NCBI GenBank assembly: GCA_038087875.1
Contig: CM075988.1
Span: forward strand, 5,208,001 to 5,272,000
Direction of reading: 5' to 3'
DNA length: 64,000 nt
Source: Malacoraja senta
Taxonomy: Eukaryota
How positions within the stretch are numbered: position 1 is the first letter of the stretch; the number at the start of each line of letters is the position of its first letter. Below, piece by piece: positions 54,698 through 64,000 of this stretch. The position numbers were made by a program, and so were the translations under genes. The notes below the pieces were generated by a model. It saw only the letters and a program-made list of their open reading frames with translations. It was not told the origin of the DNA and ran no database searches.

Positions 54698-54960
54698 TGT
54701 GTAAGAAGAAACTGCAGATGCTGGTTTAAACCGAAGATAGACACAAAAAGCTGGAGTAACTCAGCGGATCAGACAGCTTCTCAGGAGAAAAGGAATTGGT
54801 GATATTTCAGGTCGAGACCTTTCTTCAGACTCACGAGTGACGTTTCGGGTCGAGACCCTTCTTCAGACTCAGAAGAAGGGTCTCGACCCAAAGCGTCACC
54901 TATTCCATTTCTCCAGAGATGCTGCCTGTTCCGCCGAGTTACTCCAGCTTGTTGTCTCTG
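54698..54960. mobile_element. Inverted/tandem cluster of short Penelope-derived termini with hammerhead-like cores
   Basis: Two tandem minus-strand CTGAAGA...GAAA cores (54797-54870) back-to-back with a degenerate plus-strand copy (54870-54900). Confidence 0.7.
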
Positions 54961-55007
54961 TAACTGATGTGCTACAATACTGTGAGCCATATTTTACACT
55001 CTGTATA

Positions 55008-58000
55008 AGCCCTGTCTCACGGTGCGAGTTGACCCACGAGGTACCCCGAGCGAAAGACTCGTGGTTGTGCACGAGATTCCAAGTGTATGATCAAGTGTTT
55101 AACCGAGTTCCCACGGGTATGACTCAAGTTTGCCGTTAACTGTCATTTCTGCGATGTTCCAAGTTCGTCTCCCGAGTTAACAAGTTCCTTTCCCGAGTTA
55201 CTCTTGAGCCAACCTGTTTTGTTTGTTTTAATAAGCAACATCTCCATCCTGCGGCTTTGAAGGCTGCATCGATTGATGTGACCAACAAAGGGAAAATGCG
55301 CACCGTCCAGTGCCAGAGCAGTTATACTGATGATTTGTTTGAAACACACATCACGTAGTTAGAAGACCAGCAGGCGGAGGTTTGCTATATTTTAATTGAA
55401 TTTACTGCCAGGTCTACACACTGCGGGGAGACTGGAGATGAAATCTTTGAATGTGCACGGATGTGCACATCAGATTGTTGAGAGAAGGAGCTCAGGGTTC
55501 GCCTCCTGAGCTGCTTTGGTGCCCAGGCGTGAGTTGAGGTGGAGGGAGGTTGGGGGGGGGGGTCAGGTTAAACTCACCCATTTGACAGAGGCAGAGGATT
55601 ACGAGGATCCAGCGAGACTCGGACTACATGGAGAGCCGAGACTGCCCCGCTGGTGGCCAACTTCCCCCTGTCCTCCGTCGCCGCTCCCAGCCAGCCGGCA
55701 GGAGCTGTGCATGGAGCCCGCCACCGGAGTCGTGTCTGACTGCATGGGCAGCCTGAGGCAGATGCACCCTGCCCGGGGAGAGGCAGCGGAGAGACTGCGG
55801 GGGGAGTACCTCACTCTGACTGTAATAGTCAAGTCAAGTCAAGTCAAGTCACATTTATTTATATAGCACATTTAAAAAACAACTCTCATTGGCCAAAGTG
55901 CTTTACATTTGTTATAAGAATAGCACAAACAAAACAAACTACATACATATATACATGTAGCCCTCACTCAGAGGACGTCAGGAAAGGCTTGGGAGTATAG
56001 ATAAGTCTTTAGTCTTGACTTAAAAGAGTCGATGGAGGGGGCAGTTCTGATGGGAAAGGGGATGCAACCGCAAAGGCACGGTCGCCCCTGAGCTTATGCC
56101 TAGACCGTGGGATATTCAGCAACCCCAAGTCGGCCGATCTGAGGGGCCGGGAGGTGGAGTGGTGGGTGAGAAGACTTTTTATGTAGGTGGGGGCAAGCCC
56201 ATTGAAGGCTTTGTAGACATGGTAGAGGATCTTGAAGTTTATACGGAACCGCACAGGGAGCCAGTGGAGAGAGGCCAGGATCGGGGTGATGTGGTCCCTT
56301 TTTTGGGTGCCCGTCAGGAGTCTCGCTGTGGCGTTTTGGACCAGTTGCAGGCGGGACAGGGAAGATTGGCTGATGCCAGTGTAAAGGGAGTTGCAGTAAT
56401 CTAGGCGGGAGGAGATGAATGTGTGGATGATCTTTTCGAGGTCATCAAACTGGAGGAATTGTTATATTTTAGCTATCGTCCGAAGCTGAAAGAAGCTAGC
56501 TTTTACCACAGCATTGACTTGTTTGTCAAATTTCAGTGCTGAGTCAAATATCACGCCACGGTTTTTGACGTGAGGTTTGAGTAGTGGGGTAAGGCTTCCA
56601 AGGCTGCCTGCTATCATTTTGATTGAGTCCGAGGGGCCGAGAAGAATGACCTCAGACTTACTCTCGTTTAGTTGGAGGAAGTTCTGGGCCATCCAACACT
56701 TTATATCCTCGAGGCAGTGGGTAAGGTTAAACAGATTTGATTCGTTTTTGGGCTTCAGGGGGAGATAGAGTTGTGTATTGTCTGCGTAGCAATGGAAGGA
56801 AATGCCGTGCCTTTCAATGACTTGGCCTAAGGGGAGCATATACAGGGAGAAGAGAATGGGGCCAAGGATGGAACCTTGTGGAACCCCACAGCAGAGATTA
56901 GCTGGGGAGGAGAAAGAGTTGCCTATGTTAGTCGAGAAACTCCTACCTTTGAGGTAGATGAACCAGCTCAGGGCAGTGCCATCAATACCAACCCCAGACG
57001 GTCAATTAGGATGGTGTGGTCGACAGTATCAAATGCTGCGCTGAGGTCAAGAAGGAGCAGAATTGCACAGTCGCCGGAGTCAACGGTGAGCAGTAGGTCA
57101 ATTGTGTACCTTCAACAAGGCAGACTCTGTGCTATGGTGGGCCCTGAAACCTGATTGGAAAGTTTCCAAGAGTGTTTTGGTGAAGGTAAGGTTGACTTAA
57201 AATTACCTTTTCAAGGGCTTTTGAGAGGAAAGGCAGTTTAGAAATGGATCTGTAGTTGCTTGGCAAGGTGGGGTCGAGGTTAGGTTTTTTCAGGAGTGGT
57301 TAGACCACCGCATGCTTGAAGCAGGTAGGTACAGTGCCAGTGGCCAGAGGGCTGTTGAAGATGGCGAGGATGCTGGGACCGGCTGTTGTAATGACGTCCT
57401 TTAGGAGGGCAGAGGGGACAGTGTCGAGGGGGCAGGTGGTAGGTTTCATGGTGGTGATGAATTTTACAAGGGAGGGGAGAGTAACGGGTTGGAAACAGTC
57501 TAATTTTGAAGAGCAGACCAATGAGACAGCCAGGTCACGGGTGGGAGGGGAAATATTCGTTCTTATGTTCTTTACCTTGCTGGTGAAAAATGTGGTAAAT
57601 TCCTCGCACTTAGCAGGGGACCCAGTTAGGCCGGTGCTGGTGGCAGGACAGATGATGGAGGTGATGGTGCTAAAGAGGACCTTGGAATTTTGCGCGTTTT
57701 TGGAGATAAGGGTGGAAAAATATTTAGTTCTTGCAGATTTTACGGCTTCCTGGTATTTGTGAAGATTATTTTTCAAGAGTTCAAAGGAAATTTGAAGCTT
57801 TTCAGATTTGTACTTCCGTTCTGATTTTCTGCAATCTCTTCTTAGGGCTCTGGTGGTTTCATTGAGCCACGGCTCGCCTTTAGGCTTAGGCTTTTTCATT
57901 TTAAGAGGAGCAACAGAATCCGGGACGGAAGAGCAGGTATTATTGAATAAAGAAATTAGGTCGTCGGTACTGAGATGAGGGGTGGACGCCTCAATAGTGC

Positions 58001-59311
58001 AGATGTCGGGGGTGGCTATGGGAGCCTCAGAGAACTTACTGGCCGTCGTGGAGTTAACGTAGCGGGAGTAGCGAGCAGGGAGATGGGAGTTTGAGGGAGA
58101 GAAAGGCAGAGATACATCAAATATAATAGCGATAAGGAGAGACAGAGGCGCACACACACACACACACAGTGTGGAGTTCCTCTGACTGACTGACTGTGTG
58201 TGGGTGTGGGGGGTGGGACAGAGAGAGAGAGAGATACACACACACACACCCAGGCAGCGTGGAGTACCTTTAACTGTGTGTGTGGGAGAGAGAGACAGAG
58301 GCAGACACACACACACAACGGGCAGTGTGTACCTCAGTCTGTGTGTGTGTGTAGGGGAGAGAGAGACACAGAGACAGTGTGGACCTCTGACTGTGTATGA
58401 AGGAGAGAGGGGGAGAGAGACAGAGAGAGAGAGGCACAGAGGCAGTGTGGTGTACTTCGGTGTGACTGTGGGGGAGAGAGAAAGAGCGCACTGGACCTCA
58501 GTCTATCTGTGTGTGTGGGAGGGAAGAGAGACTAAGCAGAATACATCGGTCTTATTGTGTGTGGGGGGGAGAAAGAGGTGGGGGGGGGAAGAGAGAAATG
58601 GGGGGAGACGTATATACACACAAAGCTGAGTTTTACTGTGTATGTGGGAGACACAGATGGACTTACACAGATGGACTTACCTCGGTCTTACTGTGTGCGG
58701 GAGAGGGGGAGAAAGAGACGTACACTCACAGAGGCAGATTCTCTCAGCCTGTGTGAGAGGGAGGGAGGGAGAGAGAGACACACACACATACACAAGGTGG
58801 ATGTGAAATCTCACCTGCCTGTATCAGTGACAGGCACCCGCCTCTAGTGAATGAAGACACCCCCATCTGTCTCCCCCTCCTCTCCCTCCACTCTCCACCC
58901 TCTCTCCTCCACCCCCCCCTCCCTCCTCCCCCCCCCCAATTTGGAAATGTCATCCCATCACCCATTCCTTCTCTCCAGAGATGCTGCCTGCCCGCTGAGT
59001 TAAAGAGTTCCCACGGTAGACTCACGAGTCACCAACGTAAACGCACGGGCCACTACGTTCTTACAACGAGTCTAAATGTTTCAATTTTTAACATCAAGAG
59101 TACATTTTACTCGTGGAAAACTTTAAACATGTTTGAATTTTTCCAAGAGTTAACAAGTGTCACGGGTACCTGCCGTTAGCGCCACGAGTCGCTAAGTTGC
59201 GTCCACGAGTTCCGACGTTCCCGCTAGGTTAATCGTACGTGATTACCACGAGTTAAATTTGTTTTAAGCTCGGGGTACCTCGTGGGTCAGCTCGCACCAT
59301 GAGACAGGGGT
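55008..59311. mobile_element. Harbinger-like non-autonomous DNA transposon carrying a nested L2 and a minisatellite
   Basis: ~43-bp TIRs A(G/C)CCCTGTCTCA(C/T)GGTGCGAG(T/C)TGACCCACGAGGTACCCCGAGC; flanks ATA/TTA; CACGAG/CCGAGTT subterminal repeats in both arms. Confidence 0.75.
55827..58130 (-). mobile_element. 5'-truncated L2-clade LINE with frameshifts
   Basis: [36 protein letters not shown] and HCYADNTQLY motifs; (TTGAC)n tail at 55827-55850. Confidence 0.9.
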
Positions 59312-59453
59312 TTATCTTTCCCTTTGGTCTACCTATTGTACTTGAGTATGGCTTTTATGTATAGTATTATCTGATTTGATTGAATAGCATGAAAAACAAA
59401 AAAAGATCACTGTACCTCATTACATGTGACCAAAAACACCTAAAGTAGACTTA

Positions 59454-59754
59454 AGCCCCTGTCCCACTTTCCCGAGTTACTCACGAATTCTCCTGAGTTT
59501 TCCCCACGCTTCAAACTCGGAGAATGTCCGTAGCGAGTCCGTAGGCGTCCGTAGATATTTTGTAGCGGCTCGTAATGCCATATCCCTTTACCTGATACCG
59601 GGGCATCAGGTAAGTCGGGATGTTTTTTCAGCATGTTGAAAAATGTCCACGAGTAACAAAAATAGCCCCGGCTATTACCGTAATTCTCCGAGTTTGAATC
59701 AAGGGGAAAACTCGGGAGAATTCATGAGTAACTCGGGAAAGTGGGACTGGGGCT
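59454..59754. mobile_element. PIF/Harbinger-type MITE (301 bp)
   Basis: Long TIRs beginning AGCCCC(T/A)GTCCCACTTTCCCGAGTTACTCA; TTA TSD at 59451-59453 and 59755-59757. Confidence 0.9.
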
Positions 59755-60995
59755 TTAAGACTTAAGACTTTGGAGATACAGCACGGAAACTGGCCCTACT
59801 GCCCGACGGGTCCGCGCTGACCAGCTATCACACCGTACATAGCTGGCCAACTATTACAATTTTTACCGACGCCAATTAACCTGCAAACCTGTACATCTTT
59901 GGAGTGTGGGAGGAAACCGAAACACCCGGGGAAAACCCACATGGTCACGGGGAGAAGGTGCATACTCCATACTGACAGCACCCGGAGTCAGGATTGAACC
60001 CGGGTCTCTGGCACAGTGAGGCAGCAACTCGACCTCTGGGCCATTGTGCCACCCTAAACCTATACCTAAACCTAAACTTCAACCAAAAACATAAAAACGC
60101 CCAAAAGCAAATGCTGGAAATCTTAAAAACATAGACAGGAAAGGATGGAATTCCTCAGCAGAGCGCACAGCACCGGTGGAAAAAATCACAAATAATTCGG
60201 ACCCAAGGTTTTTTGACCTAATTATTAATTCTGTTTCTTGTTCCACAGTTGCTACCTGATCTGCTGAGGACTTCTCCAGTTTTCTGTTTTTACAATCTCT
60301 GGTGCTCAGAGTTTTTTTCCAAACAACTGAATTGGAGGAAATATTTTTAAGATATGAGGAAAAAATATATGAATTAAATTAAGGCACAGAATTAGAACAT
60401 CGGACAAAGCGACAATAGATAGTGTAGACAGTCAGATGCCCTGTATCAGCATGGGAATGTAAGACCAGAAGGCATAAGTTTAATTTAAGAGGGGAAAAGT
60501 TCAAAGGAGAGGTGTGGAGCAAGATGTTTTACACAGAGGATGGTGGGTGCCTGGAACGTGATGCCTGGAGCTGTGGTGGAGGCAGGAACGGTAGTGGCCT
60601 TTCAGAGATATTTGGATTGGCACAAGGACGCAGGGAGTAAAGGGATATGAATCCTGTGTAGGCAGAGGAGGTGAGTGGCACCTGGCTTCATGTTCGGCAA
60701 AGACATTGTGGACCGAAGGGTCTGTTTTTGTGTGGTACTGTTCTGTGTGCTAGTGAAAAATAACTAAGATGGGCTGATGTTCCTCTTTGGTTTTTAATCT
60801 GCAAACACTGAAGAGGTCAGGAAACCTGGTGCAACGCTGTTCCTCATCACTCTCCAGGGAGTGATTCCCTCCCTTGGCCCTTGACAACCCCTCGAAGAAT
60901 TTGCTTCTGGCTGGGCCCGATATGGGCCCCAGTTGAGGATATAGGCTCTACCTGAGACAAACTAACCGATGTAGCATCCCTAATCTCTCAGCATG

Positions 60996-61258
60996 TTTAG
61001 TTTAGTTTAATTTAGAGATACAGCGCGGAAACAGCCCCTTCTGCCCACCGGCGATCCCCGCACACTAACACTATCCTACACACACTAGGGACAATTTACA
61101 TTTATAGCAAGCCAATTAACCTACAAACCCGTACATCTTTGGGGTTGGGAGAAAACTGGAGCACCTGGAGAAAACCCACGCCGGTCATGGGGAAAAGGTA
61201 CGAACTCCGTACAGACAGCACCCGGAGTCAGGATCGAACCCGGGTCTCTAGCGCTGCC
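60996..61258 (-). mobile_element. V-SINE
   Basis: Reverse copy downstream of the repeat-protein ORF. Confidence 0.82.
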
Positions 61259-61780
61259 CAGACAGAAAGTCCCCAACTTGCTTGGGTACAGATTGGTGAG
61301 CACTAGAGACTGTGCTTGGATCCACTGGTCACAGCCCGCACGATTTAGACCAATGTTACACTGTCATTCACCACACCCTTTTCCAAAGCCTGCTACAGGC
61401 AGCAACTTCAATGGGACTGGACTGAGACTTAGTTATTAAGTCTGGATTTTGATGCTGAGTTGGGTAAGTTCTACTCCAAACTGTATGAAAGACGCAAACA
61501 CTCCGATAATTTTTGTAAAATCATTCCATGTTTTGTCACAAGATCATGGAGAAATGAGGAAGGATGCGAACAGGGAAATCATAGCTCAGGGAGATGATAC
61601 AAAGAACAGTATCTACAATATTTCTGAACCATTTTGAACAGAGCTCTGTTCCTTCTCTGCGGTTCCTTGCAACTTCACTTCTGCACAGCACTGCAAAGTC
61701 ATACCCAATCTCTGCATGCGCTGGTAGCTCTGTTCCAACAATGTTCTGACAATTCTGTTCCAAAAATGTTCTGGCTTCGA

Positions 61781-64000
61781 TCATGTCTTGGATCGTGGGA
61801 TGTATTTGCATGTGTCCGAACCGCAATCCTCCTCTACCTGTGAGGCTCTGGGGCAAGTCCCTGAACTACAAGGTCTTGTATTGCCACCGATGGTACATTG
61901 TGTGCAGGTGGCTTCTTTATCATACGATTTGGAGTAGTTTCCAGTGTCATTTGGATTAACACCTCCCACACTACTGAATGTGCTGTTCATGCCAAGACCG
62001 CTGAAGATGCTATCGTTACTTGGTTCGAAAACATTGCTGGTTGTTCCCAGGTCATGTAGCCTTTCAGAAGGTGGGCTGACGATGCTGTCGTCCCAAGACA
62101 GACCAGTGCTATTTAAATCATACGTTGGCTCAATCTCGCTCTCGTCCCAGGATCTGCTAGGGGTATTCTCATCGTAAGGTTCACTGGTCTCATGCCATTC
62201 CCAAATTCTACTGGAAGCGAGCACATCATAAGGTATACTGGAGACGGTCCCTTCATAAAGGGCATTATTGTCGTTGTCGTCCCCAAACTGGCTGGAGGAG
62301 TACCCATCGTAATGCATGATGGAGATGCTGTCATCATAAGGTTCATTGGTGTCATGCCACTCCCATTGTCTACTGGAGGCAAATGTGTCATAAGGCACGA
62401 TGGAGACAGTTGCATCATAAAACGTGTCGGCTTCACCCCTGTCTGTTGACCTGCTGGCGGAGTACTCATCATAATGTATACTGGAGATGTTCTCATCAGA
62501 TGGGCTGCAGATAGGTCCCTCACAATTCTGGCAGGTAGCACTCTCTTCACAAGGACTACTGGCTACGTTCCTTTCATAAAACCTGCCGGTGTCACTCCTA
62601 TCAAAGCACCTGCCCGTGACACATCCATCATCGCAGGTTGTGCTACACGCTTTTCTATCACATGTTCTGCAACTGCTATTTATATTGTTGTCATCGTGAT
62701 AAAGTCTGGGAGTGTCTGCAGTATCGTATGTTCTTCTGCTCTGTCCTGTATTATACTGTCGGCCACTGAAAAGTGATTCATAAGGTCTGCTGCTAAGTGT
62801 TGAATCGTATTGCTGGCTGTTGCGACTTGTTTTATAGATACTGTCTGATTTTGTGTCACAGGTATCATAACACCCATTGCTGACTTCTTTATCATACAGA
62901 CTGCTGGTCGGACAAGTGTCGCAAGGTCGGATGCTACATCCTGTACTGCAGCCGTTGCCGGTGACGTTCATGTCGTTGGCTCGGCACGGCAGATCCAAAT
63001 ATTCGGTGCTGTTGCTGGCAAAAGTGTCGTACAACCTGCTGGCTGGTTCCCAGCCACAGGGAGTCGAGTTCGAAGCAGCTTCTGAAAGTCTGCTATCAAA
63101 TCCCACGTCATTCGTGGTAGTATACCCCACGTCGTAGAATGTGTTGCTGAGATCTGTGTCATTGTGATTGTGCGAGTGTCCATTGTCAAAGGACATACAG
63201 CTGAGACCTGTGTCTTGGTGGCCATATGTGTATCCATCATCAAAGGACTTGCTGCTAAGACATGTGTCGTGGTGATTGTGTGACTGTCCATTATCATAGG
63301 ATTTGCTGTTAAGATCTGTATCGTGGCAGCCGTATGTGTATCCGTTATCATAGGATTTGTTGGTAAGACCTGTATCGTGGTAGCCATACGTGTATCCGTT
63401 ATCATAGGATTTGCTGCTAAGATCTGTGTCATGGTGATTGTGTGAGTGTCCATTGTCAAAGGACATACAGCTGAGATCTGTGTCTTGGTGGCCATATGTG
63501 TATTCATCATCAAAGGACTTGCTGCTAAGACATGTGTCATGGTGATTGTGTGACTGTCCGTTGTCATAGGATTTGCTGTTAAGACCTGTATCGTGGTGGC
63601 TGCATGTGTATCCATTATCATAGGATTTGCTGCTAAGACCTGTGTCATGGTGATTGTGTGAGTGTCCATTGTCAAAGGATTTGCAGCTGAGACCAGTGTC
63701 ATGGTGACCATATGTGTGTCCGTTATCGTAAGACTTGTTGCTAAGCCCTGCATCAAAGAATTTGCTGGAAAGTCCTGTGTCGCGGAGATTTGAGATGGGC
63801 GCCATGTCGTGGGACTTGCTGGAGGAAGAAATATCATAGAGTTTTCGGGAAAGACCTGAGTCATAGAGATTGCTGAAAGTTCCTGTATCGGGGGATCCTG
63901 TCTCACGGAATCTGCTGTTGTGCCCAGTGCGATAGAGGTTGCTGAGATGTCCTGTGTCATTGGATCTTCTGGAATGACCTGTATCGTAGAGATTGCTGAG
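61781..64000 (-). CDS. Large open exon encoding an unrecognised 9-residue-repeat, S/D/T/Y/H/C-rich protein (5' part outside window)
   Basis: Track ORF 61781..63805 (674 aa). The frame stays open for a further 65 codons to the window edge (LSNLYDTGHSRRSNDTGH...SKSHD-MAP). No TE motifs or interspersed repeats over 2.2 kb. An aromatic/His-Asp pair recurs every 9 residues. Confidence 0.8.
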   Translation of the reverse strand, partial: LSNLYDTGHSRRSNDTGHLSNLYRTGHNSRFRETGSPDTGTFSNLYDSGLSRKLYDISSSSKSHDMAPISNLRDTGLSSKFFDAGLSNKSYDNGHTYGHHDTGLSCKSFDNGHSHNHHDTGLSSKSYDNGYTCSHHDTGLNSKSYDNGQSHNHHDTCLSSKSFDDEYTYGHQDTDLSCMSFDNGHSHNHHDTDLSSKSYDNGYTYGYHDTGLTNKSYDNGYTYGCHDTDLNSKSYDNGQSHNHHDTCLSSKSFDDGYTYGHQDTGLSCMSFDNGHSHNHNDTDLSNTFYDVGYTTTNDVGFDSRLSEAASNSTPCGWEPASRLYDTFASNSTEYLDLPCRANDMNVTGNGCSTGCSIRPCDTCPTSSLYDKEVSNGCYDTCDTKSDSIYKTSRNSQQYDSTLSSRPYESLFSGRQYNTGQSRRTYDTADTPRLYHDDNNINSSCRTCDRKACSTTCDDGCVTGRCFDRSDTGRFYERNVASSPCEESATCQNCEGPICSPSDENISSIHYDEYSASRSTDRGEADTFYDATVSIVPYDTFASSRQWEWHDTNEPYDDSISIMHYDGYSSSQFGDDNDNNALYEGTVSSIPYDVLASSRIWEWHETSEPYDENTPSRSWDESEIEPTYDLNSTGLSWDDSIVSPPSERLHDLGTTSNVFEPSNDSIFSGLGMNSTFSSVGGVNPNDTGNYSKSYDKEATCTQCTIGGNTRPCSSGTCPRASQVEEDCGSDTCKYIPRSKT

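Noticed and set aside
57300..58316. 338-aa ORF as a host gene
   Set aside because: L2 ORF2 inter-domain region read in from adjacent simple repeat.
62968..63960. 330-aa Thr/Met-rich mucin-like ORF overlapping the repeat protein in another frame
   Set aside because: Shadow frame of the 27/54-bp repeat; it closes soon after the young array ends, while the main frame continues for 400 more codons.

Overview
Repeat-dense vertebrate genomic DNA, most likely a cartilaginous fish (skate/ray/shark). This is inferred from abundant tRNA-derived V-SINEs sharing a 3' tail with CR1-clade LINE fragments (HE1/HER1-like pair). Most ORFs in the track are artefacts of simple repeats or TE fragments. Supported elements: a ~4 kb degenerate DIRS tyrosine-recombinase retrotransposon with complete terminal architecture (9040-13036); an internally deleted Gypsy element carrying an SPR(R)-repeat coding remnant (24418-25992); a solo LTR; Tx1, CR1, L2, Rex1/Babar, RTE and Penelope fragments; a non-autonomous Helitron with a nested CR1; four PIF/Harbinger-like TIR elements; a hAT MITE; hammerhead-like and HDV-like ribozyme motifs in short retroposons; several micro/minisatellites; and a 200-N gap. 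The only convincing host coding sequence is a minus-strand ORF from beyond the right edge to 61781 (at least 739 codons plus stop). It encodes an unrecognised Ser/Asp/Thr/Tyr/His/Cys-rich protein built on a 9-residue period, and is the best novelty candidate. All calls are by eye; no searches were run.
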